A DNA stretch of 64,000 bases, from contig CAJARJ010000012.1 in the NCBI GenBank assembly GCA_903944345.1, forward strand, positions 68,266 to 132,265. The letters are read 5' to 3'. The position numbers were made by a program, and so were the translations under genes. Position 1 is the stretch's first letter; the number at the start of each line of letters is the position of its first letter. Shown here one piece after another: positions 8,192 through 16,574 of this stretch. The notes under the pieces were generated by a model that was not told the DNA's origin, did no database searches, and saw nothing but the letters and a program-made list of their open reading frames with translations. Origin of the DNA: Candidatus Omnitrophota bacterium (GTDB taxonomy: Bacteria > Omnitrophota > Gorgyraeia > Zapsychrales > Fredricksoniimonadaceae).

Positions 8192-8201
8192 AGTTCCTTA
8201 T

Positions 8202-8222
8202 TGGCTCCCCCGCGAGGGCTCG
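8202..8222 (-). repeat. Duplicated tRNA-Asn 3' end with CCA (att-like)
   Basis: 8205-8222 is identical to 8411-8428; minus strand CGAGCCCTCGCGGGGGAGCCA. Confidence 0.9.
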
Positions 8223-8410
8223 TTGCCTTCCGCTCGCGCTGAAGATCTTGGAAGGGATCCTTTATCAGCGCTCGCTACAGGTCACACCCCCGGCCCGCAC
8301 TCAGACGCTCCTGTTCGTCGCGTCTAGCGGGCCTCCTTTCTCGCCCTCGCTTCCTCCGTTATATCTAATAAAAAAGCCGCCCTGAAAAGGACGGCTTTTT
8401 TATTAAATAA
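8221..8410. other. Structured non-coding element 3' of tRNA-Asn (copy A)
   Basis: Shares CGTTGCC end, hairpin with loop TCCTGTTCGTC, AGCGGG, inverted T-arm copy, terminator-like hairpin and AAATAA junction with 38523-38739. Confidence 0.8.
8366..8405 (-). terminator. Intrinsic terminator after tRNA-Asn (bidirectional form)
   Basis: TAATAAAAAAGCCG...CGGCTTTTTTATTA. Confidence 0.8.
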
Positions 8411-8448
8411 CTCCCCCGCGAGGGCTCGAACCTCGGACACTGTGGTTA

Positions 8449-9002
8449 CGATCTGACTTCAATTACTTGAAGAGTCGGACTTTCTCTTCGCCATACAAAA
8501 CAAAGTATGTTTTGCTTCAGGCGGCGGGTGTAAAGTCTCTGCACTTGCCCGGCCTTTTGACTAAAGGCCTGCTAGCTCAGGATTGACCTGATCTTTATGA
8601 CCAGGCTTTTCCTGACTTAGCCCGCTTGTCACTTCCGCGTTTCCACGGAAGGCTGCTAACTTTGAGAATGAGTTTCCCGGTGACAATTCGCACACAATAT
8701 CATGCACTTATCCAACTCGACTTTAACTCTTTCCCAACTTCGGGTATACCCTTTGCTGGAGATATTAAATTCTTTAACTGTTGGATCAATGTGATGAAAC
8801 TCTAACGCATCGATACAGCGATCATATCCGCAACGCTCACATTTGCCGCCTTTATAGGCAACAGCCATTTCACGCACTTTTTTACGGCGCGCATAAACAG
8901 CTTTAATGAGATATTCACGGCGATCATTGTAAGAACGGTTATCTTTTCTCACGCTGTCTCCTGAAGACTCGACACTCGGTTTGGACCAGCCAAACCTCGT
9001 GA
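8449..9002 (-). ncRNA. Group I self-splicing intron (compact, IC3-like core), 554 nt
   Basis: Exon ends in U and intron ends in G; IGS GUUAGCAGCC; P2 with GAAA loop; P3 GCGGG/CCCGC; P4 UCAGGA/UCCUGA; P7 GAGACU/AGUCC; P9 CUUCAA-GUAA-UUGAAG. Confidence 0.93.
8656..8952 (-). CDS. Intron-encoded HNH (zinc-finger type) homing endonuclease, 98 aa
   Basis: CERCG...LEFHH...LCANCHRETH; AGGAG RBS (8958-8962) before GTG at 8952. Confidence 0.85.
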   Translation of the reverse strand: MRKDNRSYNDRREYLIKAVYARRKKVREMAVAYKGGKCERCGYDRCIDALEFHHIDPTVKEFNISSKGYTRSWERVKVELDKCMILCANCHRETHSQS

Positions 9003-9100
9003 ACAGCCACATGCTCTACCAACTGAGCTACAGGGGAATGAAATTTAAAAGAGCGAATGTTTGCTGCCAAAAAAATATGCGGCAAACGAAAGCGAGATGA

Positions 9101-9128
9101 ATTATACAGATATATTTTATCTTGTCAA
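9101..9128 (-). promoter_or_regulatory. Consensus sigma70 promoter for tRNA-Asn
   Basis: TTGACA-16 nt-TATAAT. Confidence 0.8.
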
Positions 9129-9139
9129 CCACCGAAACG

Positions 9140-9769
9140 CTAAACCTGCACCTGGTCGCGCGCGGGCTCTGTACTCACCGCCCGACGGGACTGCAGCGAC
9201 ATGGTCAGCGTCGACATATCGGCAAACTCCAGCGACCCTCCGGCGGGAATACCCACACCTATGCGCGACACCCTCACCCCGCACGGCTGAAGGAGCTTGA
9301 TAAGGTGCAAAGCCGTAAGCTCGCCTTCCATATCCGCGTCGGTCGCCAGAATAACTTCCTGCACATTCTGCGAGTGGACACGCTGAAGGAGCTTGGCCGT
9401 GTTAAGATCGTCCGGCCCCTGCCCGTCAGAAGGCGAAATAATCCCCAGTAAAACGTAGTACTGCCCCTTGAACGTTCCGGTCTTCTCGATAGCAATCACA
9501 TCCTTGGGGTTCTCGACCACACATATCACCCGCGCGTCCCGGCTGGAATCCATGCACACCGGGCAAATATCGCCTTCCGAAAAATTGTTGCACAGCTTGC
9601 AGAAACGCAGTTTTTCCTTGAGCTCGGCAATGCCGCGCGCCAGGCTCATGGCTTCCTCAGCCGGATTGTTCAGCAGCCACAACACCATGCGCTCGGCACT
9701 GCGGCGCCCCACTCCGGGCAGTTTGACCATGCCTTCAATGAGGTTTTCTATAACACGCGGATAGTTCAT
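9140..9769 (-). CDS. recR: Recombination protein RecR
   Basis: LPGVGRRSAER HhH, C4 zinc finger, Toprim EVILAT. Confidence 0.97.
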   Translation of the reverse strand: MNYPRVIENLIEGMVKLPGVGRRSAERMVLWLLNNPAEEAMSLARGIAELKEKLRFCKLCNNFSEGDICPVCMDSSRDARVICVVENPKDVIAIEKTGTFKGQYYVLLGIISPSDGQGPDDLNTAKLLQRVHSQNVQEVILATDADMEGELTALHLIKLLQPCGVRVSRIGVGIPAGGSLEFADMSTLTMSLQSRRAVSTEPARDQVQV

Positions 9770-11412
9770 TCGTCATTGATCCATTCGTTGACTATTTCTC
9801 CGTCAAACATCTCCACCGCTTCGTCGGCTACCGGCGTATCCTGCCCCGGCACTTCACTGGCCACCTTGACCGCCAGTTGCACCCGGCCGCCCAGCACTCC
9901 CGAAAAAACATCGGCAATGTAAATAAGGTTTTCGGTGGTGTCCAGATACTCCTTGTTAAAAGCGTCTTCCTGGCTGAAAGCAACCATAATGCGGTTACCG
10001 CTCACCTCAACCGGACGGCCCGGCTGTAAATAGGTGCCCAATGAAATCTTTTTCTGGCTCAAGGCAAAGGTCAGCTCGTTCCATCTTTCCTGCAGATCCG
10101 CCAGAACAAGCGGCTGTCCGCCGGTAAAGGTTTCGTGCGCCGGCTCAGCCAGCGGAGCAATAACCAGAGTGCCTTTGTTATTGTTAAGCATATTGCCTGC
10201 CGGAGGCCTGGGCGCGGCAGAAACAGGAGCCGCAGGCCTTGCCGCCGCAGTTGGCGGGGTCACAGGCCGTTCGGCTGTCCGCACAGGAGCCCTGACAGGA
10301 GCCGGAGCCGTACGCGCCGGAGCTACTGACGCTGCAGACTCGCTCTGGACATCGGCCATAATTTTGGCCGCCGCCAGTTCCAGCGCCAGACGCTGATCTT
10401 CTGTAATACGGGCCACGTCCTGGGAGGCAATAATAATATCCATCGCGCGGATAATCCAGGCCATGGTCTGGCCGGCCGCGACGGCGGTAATTTCTTCTTT
10501 CTGAAGTTTGGGTAAATCCACCAGTCCTTCCAGATCCTTGCCGCCCACCTTGAGCAGCATGACGTGACGGAAATACTGGACAATATCCGAGGAAAAATGC
10601 CGCATGTCCTTGCCGCTTTCGGACACCAGATCCAGCACCTTGAGGCAGCCTGCCATATCCTTGTCCGCCAAAGCGCGCGCAAAAATGGCCAGCTGCTGGG
10701 ATTCAACCAGCCCGAAAAGATCGTTGATCTGCGCCAGGGTAATCTGCGTGCCGCTGGAACTCAGCTGATCCAGAATACTTAAAGCATCCCGCATTCCGCC
10801 TGAAGCAATACGGGCAATGACCGACAAAGCCTCGTCTTCGGCTGTAATGCTTTCTTTGCGGCAGATATCCTTGAGGCAACCGACAATCTTTTCGACCGGA
10901 ATACGCTTGAAATCAAAACGCTGACAGCGCGAAAGAACCGTTGGCGGCAGTTTGGATGGTTCGGTAGTGGCAAAAATGAAAATGACGTGTTCGGGCGGCT
11001 CTTCCAGCGTTTTAAGCAGGGCGTTGAACGCCGCGCCTGAAAGCATGTGCACTTCGTCAATAATATAGACCTTGTACCCGCCCGACATGGGCACCAGGCG
11101 CACATTTTCGCGCAGGACACGCACATCGTCGACACCGTTATTGGAAGCACCGTCAATTTCGATAATATCCAGCGAGGACTGCAAGCCAAGGTCAAGCGAT
11201 GAGGCATCCTTGCCGGCACGGGCATTAAGCTCGCGGGCCAGAATACGGGCACAGGTGGTTTTTCCGGTTCCCCGCGATCCGCAGAAAAGATAGGCATGGC
11301 GCGGGGTTCCCTCGCTCACGGCCTTTTCCAGGATTCGGGTGATATGCTCCTGTCCGATTACATCGGCAAAAGTCTGGGGACGGTACTTACGGGCAAAAAC
11401 AAGGTATGACAT
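9766..11412 (-). CDS. dnaX: DNA polymerase III subunit gamma/tau
   Basis: ARKYRPQTF, GSRGTGKT, IIDEVHML, NALLKTLEEPP, SRC. Confidence 0.97.
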   Translation of the reverse strand: MSYLVFARKYRPQTFADVIGQEHITRILEKAVSEGTPRHAYLFCGSRGTGKTTCARILARELNARAGKDASSLDLGLQSSLDIIEIDGASNNGVDDVRVLRENVRLVPMSGGYKVYIIDEVHMLSGAAFNALLKTLEEPPEHVIFIFATTEPSKLPPTVLSRCQRFDFKRIPVEKIVGCLKDICRKESITAEDEALSVIARIASGGMRDALSILDQLSSSGTQITLAQINDLFGLVESQQLAIFARALADKDMAGCLKVLDLVSESGKDMRHFSSDIVQYFRHVMLLKVGGKDLEGLVDLPKLQKEEITAVAAGQTMAWIIRAMDIIIASQDVARITEDQRLALELAAAKIMADVQSESAASVAPARTAPAPVRAPVRTAERPVTPPTAAARPAAPVSAAPRPPAGNMLNNNKGTLVIAPLAEPAHETFTGGQPLVLADLQERWNELTFALSQKKISLGTYLQPGRPVEVSGNRIMVAFSQEDAFNKEYLDTTENLIYIADVFSGVLGGRVQLAVKVASEVPGQDTPVADEAVEMFDGEIVNEWINDE

Positions 11413-11467
11413 ACGAACATTCTCTGCTTTCCGGGGGTATTTTCAAGATTTTTTTCGATATTAGCTA

Positions 11468-13609
11468 TCAGAACTTCATGGTCAAGGAAATACGTTTGCG
11501 CGGCAAATCAACCTCCTTGACCTTGACCGTCACCTTCTGATGCAGTTTGAGCACATCCGAAGGATGTTTGACAAAACGGTCGGCGATCTGGCTGACATGC
11601 ACCAGCCCGTCTTGATGAACCCCGATATCCACAAAAGCGCCAAAATCCGCCATGTTGGTAACAACACCGGGAAGCACCATGTCGGGACGAAGATCTTCTA
11701 CCGTATGCACGTCGTCCTTGAAGTCCACAAACTCGAATTTGGCACGCGGGTCGCGCCCGGGTTTGGCCAGCTCGCTCATAATGTCGCGCAAAGTGGGCAA
11801 CCCCACCTTGTCGTTGACATAGGCGTTAAGATTGATGCGCGAACGCAGTTTGTCGTTACGCATCAGCTCGCGCAAATCAGAGCCGGATTCCTGCACCATG
11901 CGGTTAACCAGATCATAGCTTTCCGGATGGACTGCGCTTGAGTCCAGCGGATTTTCGGCGCCCATAATGCGCAGGAAGCCCGCCGACTGCTCGAATGCCT
12001 TGGCGGTAAACCGTGAAATCGAAAGAAATTGCTGGCGATTGGCAAACGGGCCGTTGGCCTGGCGGTAATTGACCACCGCTTCGGCCAGGGCCGGGCCAAG
12101 CCCCGAAACATACATGAGCAGTTCACGGCTGGCGGTGTTGATATCCACCCCGACATTGTTGACCGAGCTGATAATGACATCGTCCAGCGACTGTTTTAAA
12201 AGGTTCTGATCCACATCGTGCTGGTACTGCCCGACTCCGATATTGCCCGGATCAAGCTTGACCAGTTCGGCCAGCGGGTCCTGCAGGCGGCGGCCAATAG
12301 AAATAGCCCCGCGCACCGTCAGATCGAGATCCGGAAACTCGCGCCGGGCCACTTCGGACGCCGAATAATACGAAGCGCCGCTTTCATTGACCATAACAAT
12401 GCGCAAATCCGCGATACCCAGTCCGCGAATAAAAGCCAGCGTTTCCCGGGAGGCTGTGCCGTTACCGATAGCCACAACCTCAACGGCGTACTGCCGGCAG
12501 AAACGGCGCACCATAGCGGCCGCCTCGGTCTCGCGGGCCGCTCCCTGCCCGATATAAATAGCCTGGTACTCGAGAAATTTCCCCTGTCCGTCAAGCACAG
12601 ACAGTTTGCAGCCGGTGCGCTGGCCCGGATCAACCGCCAGAACCACTTTTGGCCCAAGCACCGGCGCCATCAGAAGCTGGCGCAGGTTGGTCTGGAAGGT
12701 TTTGATGGCATCGGTATCCGCTTTTTCCTTGGTAAGCAGACGCACCTCGTTTTCAATCGAGGGGGCCATGAGCCTTTTATAACAGTCTTCCACCGCCAGG
12801 GTCACTTCACGACCACAGGGAGTTTGCGCGGCCTTGACCACTTGCCTGGCAATAAGGCCGACGGCTTCCTGGTCGTCCACTACAATCCTGAGCATGAGCA
12901 CCTGTTCCTTCTCGCCGCGGCGGGCCGCCAGCACCCGGTGCGAGGGAGCTTTGGACACCTGTTCTTTCCATTCAAAATAATCCCGGAACTTGACCCCTGT
13001 CTCTTCCTTGCCTTTGATGACGCGCGCCTGGAAAGACCCGGTGGCCATAAAAAAATCGCGGACAGCCGAACGGATAACAGCCGTCTCGTTAATCTGCTCG
13101 GCAATAATATCCCGCGCCCCGGCCAGCACAAGATCGACGGTGGCCAGCTCTTTGGCCGGATCCACATACGCCTGGGCGGCGGCACGCGGGTCAAAAGCGG
13201 GATTCTGGGCAAAAATTTCGGCAGCCAGCGGTTCCAGCCCCTTCTCACGGGCAACCGAACCGCGCGTGCGGCGTTTGGGCCGGTAAGGCAGATAAAGATC
13301 TTCCAGGACAGCCAGGGTTTCGGCCTTGTCAATCCGCGCCTTCAAAGCCGGATCAAGCTTGCCCTGTTTTTCGATGGTTTCCAGCACCACCGCGCGGCGT
13401 TTGTCGAGTTCCACCAGCTGTTGACGCCGGTCACGAATGGAGGTAACCACCACTTCGTCCAGCGCCCCCGTGGCTTCCTTGCGGTAACGGGCGATAAAAG
13501 GAATGGTTGCTCCGCCGTCGAGCAAGGACAAAACCGCGCTGACCTGCGCAGGACTGGCCGTAACTTCGCCGGCTATCCGGTGAATATAATCTGCAGTCAT
13601 GGGAGGCAT
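11468..13609 (-). CDS. tex: Tex-family RNA-binding transcriptional accessory protein
   Basis: GATIPFIARYRKEATG, YqgF-like domain, IGVGQYQHD, C-terminal S1 domain. Confidence 0.95.
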   Translation of the reverse strand: MPPMTADYIHRIAGEVTASPAQVSAVLSLLDGGATIPFIARYRKEATGALDEVVVTSIRDRRQQLVELDKRRAVVLETIEKQGKLDPALKARIDKAETLAVLEDLYLPYRPKRRTRGSVAREKGLEPLAAEIFAQNPAFDPRAAAQAYVDPAKELATVDLVLAGARDIIAEQINETAVIRSAVRDFFMATGSFQARVIKGKEETGVKFRDYFEWKEQVSKAPSHRVLAARRGEKEQVLMLRIVVDDQEAVGLIARQVVKAAQTPCGREVTLAVEDCYKRLMAPSIENEVRLLTKEKADTDAIKTFQTNLRQLLMAPVLGPKVVLAVDPGQRTGCKLSVLDGQGKFLEYQAIYIGQGAARETEAAAMVRRFCRQYAVEVVAIGNGTASRETLAFIRGLGIADLRIVMVNESGASYYSASEVARREFPDLDLTVRGAISIGRRLQDPLAELVKLDPGNIGVGQYQHDVDQNLLKQSLDDVIISSVNNVGVDINTASRELLMYVSGLGPALAEAVVNYRQANGPFANRQQFLSISRFTAKAFEQSAGFLRIMGAENPLDSSAVHPESYDLVNRMVQESGSDLRELMRNDKLRSRINLNAYVNDKVGLPTLRDIMSELAKPGRDPRAKFEFVDFKDDVHTVEDLRPDMVLPGVVTNMADFGAFVDIGVHQDGLVHVSQIADRFVKHPSDVLKLHQKVTVKVKEVDLPRKRISLTMKF

Positions 13610-13615
13610 TGGCAG

Positions 13616-13891
13616 TTACTTCTTTTCGCCAAGAATGGTCGTGTTGACAAGTTCGTTAAAATGACGCTCGTTGGCCTCGTTAACCGAATTGACCATCTCG
13701 TCATAACGAACCGCCTGGTCTTTAAGATCATCCTCGGCACCGGGAATGGCTACATTGGCATACTCGTTGTTATGCTCACCGACAACCCTTTCCATAGGAG
13801 CCAGAATCCGGTCATACTGCTGTTCGTAAATCTGGGCCAGCGCCGGGACCGAAAGGACCAAAAGCACGAGAATCAAAAGCATATTTTTCAT
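13616..13891 (-). CDS. Small exported hypothetical protein
   Basis: Signal-peptide-like N-terminus ending in ALA; packed between valS and tex. Confidence 0.7.
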   Translation of the reverse strand: MKNMLLILVLLVLSVPALAQIYEQQYDRILAPMERVVGEHNNEYANVAIPGAEDDLKDQAVRYDEMVNSVNEANERHFNELVNTTILGEKK

Positions 13892-13928
13892 AAAAGCCGC
13901 CTTTTATTGATAAAGCATTCCTGAGTGT

Positions 13929-16568
13929 TTACACCAGACTGGAAAGTGTGGTTTCCAGCTGGATATTCCGCTCGCGCAATTCCTGCATGCGCTGGCGCTC
14001 TTTGGCAATAACCTCGGCCGGAGCCTTGGCGGTAAAACCCGGATTGGCCAGCCGCCCTTCGATGGACGCGGCGGTTTTTTCCTGCTGAACGATCTGTTCG
14101 CGTACGCGCTTCTTTTCTTTTTCGATATCGATCAGCTCTCCCAGCGGGATAAAGTATTTGATGTCACCGGCCACCCCCACCGCGCAGTTGCGGAAATTGC
14201 CCGCCTGCGGCTGATAGGAAACCTCCGAAAAACGCACCAGTTTGCCGATAACTTCGATATTTTCCCTTAAGAAATCCAGGCGTTCCGGTGAAGCACAGAC
14301 AAACGAGCAAGCCACCAGATCGGCCGGACGGATGTTCCACTGGGAACGGATATTGCGAATGCCGCCGGTAATATCGATCAGCGCGCCAACCGCCGCTTCG
14401 GCTGCCGTATCCTGCAGGAAAGAATCTTCCGCAGGCCATGACTCAAGAGTAAGCACCTTTTCTTCGCCGGTAAAATGCGCGTAAAGTTCTTCGGTGACAA
14501 ACGGAATAAAGGGATGCAGAAGCTTGAGCGTGTTTATAAGAACAAAGAACGCCGTTTTCTGCGTATTGATATCGGAAAAACGTGCCTTGATCATTTCCAG
14601 ATACCAGTCGCAGTAATTCGACCAGAAGAATTCATAAAGAATATTGACCGCTTCGGAATAACGGTACTGCTCGATAGCGCGGGCCGTGTCCTGCACAGCG
14701 CGGGAATACAGCGACAGGATCCAGCGTGAGGGCATGTCGAGCGCGGCGCGGTCGATCTCCTGTGCCGAAGAGGCGCGTCCTTCGGGCGTGACGTTCATAA
14801 GAACAAAGCGTCCGGCATTCCAGAGCTTGTTGCTGAAATTGCGCCCGATCTCGAACTTCTCTTTTGAAATATAAATATCCTGCCCGGAATTAAGGATCAT
14901 GCTAAAACGCAGTGCGTCTGCCCCGAATTCGGCAATGATCTCCAGCGGATCAATGGCATTGCCCAGCGATTTGGACATCTTGCGCCCCTGGGTATCGCGC
15001 ACCGTTCCGTGCAAAACCACATTGCTGAAAGGTGCCTGTCCTCTGAACTCCAGGCCGGCCATGGTCATACGGGCCACCCAGAAAAAGATGATCTCGGGCG
15101 CGGTAAACAGAGTATGCGTCGGATAAAAGTAAGACAAATCCTTGTTCTCGTGCGGCCAGCCCAGCGTGGCAAAAGGCCACAACCAGGAAGAAAACCAGGT
15201 GTCGAGCACGTCAGGGTCCTGCGTCAGCTTTTTAATGGTCCCAAACTGGCGCTGGCACTGCTCCTGGGCCTCCTGCTCGTTGCGGGCTACAAAAGCGTTG
15301 CCCTCCTCGTCGTACCAGACTGGAATGCGGTGCCCCCACCAGATCTGCCGGGAAATACACCAGTCGCGAATATCGACCAGCCAGTTTTCGTAAACCTTTT
15401 CCCAGCGTTTGGGCTGAATAACCGGCTCTCCTCTGCGAAACGCTTCCAGGGCCTTGTCGGCCAGAGGCTTCATTTTGACAAACCACTGACGGGACAAATA
15501 AGGCTCGACAATGGTATCGCAACGGTAACAGCGGCGCACCGCATGCGCGTGCTGTTCAATCTTGACCAGCAATCCGGCTTCGTCCATGGCCTTGACCACG
15601 CGCTTGCGCGCTTCAAAACGGTCCAGCCCGTCGAAAGCTCCGGCATTGGCGTTCATGACCCCGTTGGGGTGCATGATGTTGATAAATTCCAGGTTGTGCC
15701 GCCGGCCCATCGCAAAATCGTTGGGGTCGTGCGCCGGAGTGACCTTGACCGCGCCCGAACCAAAAGACCGATCCACATGGTCGTCGGCAATAACCTTGAT
15801 CTCCCGGTTGACAAGAGGCAGAACAAGGGTTTTGCCGATCAGATCCGTATAACGTTCGTCGGCAGGATTAACCGCAACCGCCGTGTCGCCCAGCATGGTT
15901 TCCGGACGGGTGGTGGCCACCACAATAAACTGCGAAGGGTCATGCTTGAACGGATATTTAAGATGCCATAACTGGCCGCCCGCATCCTTGTGCTCGGCTT
16001 CCTCGTCGGACAGCGCCGTCTGGCAGCGCGGGCACCAGTTGATGATATAGCGTCCCTGGTAAATCAGCCCGCGTTTGTGCAGTTCAATAAAGACTTCACG
16101 GACAGCCTCCGAATACGGCTCGTCCATTGTAAAACGAGTGCGATCCCAGTCACAGGAGCTGCCCAGCTTGTGCAGCTGATTGATAATGGTGTCGCCGTTA
16201 TGACGTTTCCATTCCCAAAGGCGTTCCAGAAATTTTTCGCGCCCCAGCGATTCGCGCGTCTGGCCTTCCTTGGCGATCTGTTTTTCGACCACGTTCTGGG
16301 TGGCAATGCCCGCATGATCTGTGCCGGGCATCCACAAAGTGTCAAACCCCTGCATGCGTTTGTATCGGGTCAGGATATCCTGCAAGGTGTTGTTAAGGGC
16401 ATGCCCCATATGCAGCACTCCGGTGACATTCGGCGGAGGGATGACAATGGTAAAAGCCCCCTTCGGCGAACGACCGGCCACGGCATGAAAAGGTTTCTTT
16501 TCATCCCAGAGTTTGAGTCGCTTTTCTTCAACACTTTTAGGATCGTAACGGCTAGGAATTTCGGACAT
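13929..16568 (-). CDS. valS: Valine--tRNA ligase
   Basis: PPPNVTG.LHMGH, DWCISRQ, KMSKS, C-terminal coiled coil. Confidence 0.98.
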   Translation of the reverse strand: MSEIPSRYDPKSVEEKRLKLWDEKKPFHAVAGRSPKGAFTIVIPPPNVTGVLHMGHALNNTLQDILTRYKRMQGFDTLWMPGTDHAGIATQNVVEKQIAKEGQTRESLGREKFLERLWEWKRHNGDTIINQLHKLGSSCDWDRTRFTMDEPYSEAVREVFIELHKRGLIYQGRYIINWCPRCQTALSDEEAEHKDAGGQLWHLKYPFKHDPSQFIVVATTRPETMLGDTAVAVNPADERYTDLIGKTLVLPLVNREIKVIADDHVDRSFGSGAVKVTPAHDPNDFAMGRRHNLEFINIMHPNGVMNANAGAFDGLDRFEARKRVVKAMDEAGLLVKIEQHAHAVRRCYRCDTIVEPYLSRQWFVKMKPLADKALEAFRRGEPVIQPKRWEKVYENWLVDIRDWCISRQIWWGHRIPVWYDEEGNAFVARNEQEAQEQCQRQFGTIKKLTQDPDVLDTWFSSWLWPFATLGWPHENKDLSYFYPTHTLFTAPEIIFFWVARMTMAGLEFRGQAPFSNVVLHGTVRDTQGRKMSKSLGNAIDPLEIIAEFGADALRFSMILNSGQDIYISKEKFEIGRNFSNKLWNAGRFVLMNVTPEGRASSAQEIDRAALDMPSRWILSLYSRAVQDTARAIEQYRYSEAVNILYEFFWSNYCDWYLEMIKARFSDINTQKTAFFVLINTLKLLHPFIPFVTEELYAHFTGEEKVLTLESWPAEDSFLQDTAAEAAVGALIDITGGIRNIRSQWNIRPADLVACSFVCASPERLDFLRENIEVIGKLVRFSEVSYQPQAGNFRNCAVGVAGDIKYFIPLGELIDIEKEKKRVREQIVQQEKTAASIEGRLANPGFTAKAPAEVIAKERQRMQELRERNIQLETTLSSLV

Positions 16569-16574
16569 AGGGAT

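Larger units (their letters stand above)
8411..9037 (-). tRNA. tRNA-Asn(GUU), intron-split: exon 1 9037-9003, exon 2 8448-8411
   Basis: Joined exons give TCCCCTGTAGCTCAGTTGGTAGAGCATGTGGCTGT|TAACCACAGTGTCCGAGGTTCGAGCCCTCGCGGGGGAG, a complete cloverleaf with G73. Confidence 0.95.

Noticed and set aside
8182-8385. 67-aa ORF, and likewise ORFs 38481-38702 and 38525-38899
   Set aside because: They run through GC-rich structured elements or tRNAs with no convincing RBS or motif; probably chance frames.
8953-9012. N-terminal extension of the HNH ORF given in the ORF track
   Set aside because: The ATG lies inside tRNA exon 1; the GTG at 8952 has a proper AGGAG RBS.
10120-10345. Ala/Pro-rich low-complexity stretch in dnaX
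   Set aside because: Ordinary flexible linker of the tau subunit.
12218-13924. Long plus-strand ORFs (568 aa here; also 15009-15971, 19494-20699, 48441-49553, 62162-63199)
   Set aside because: Antisense shadows of well-conserved minus-strand genes, with no recognisable domains.
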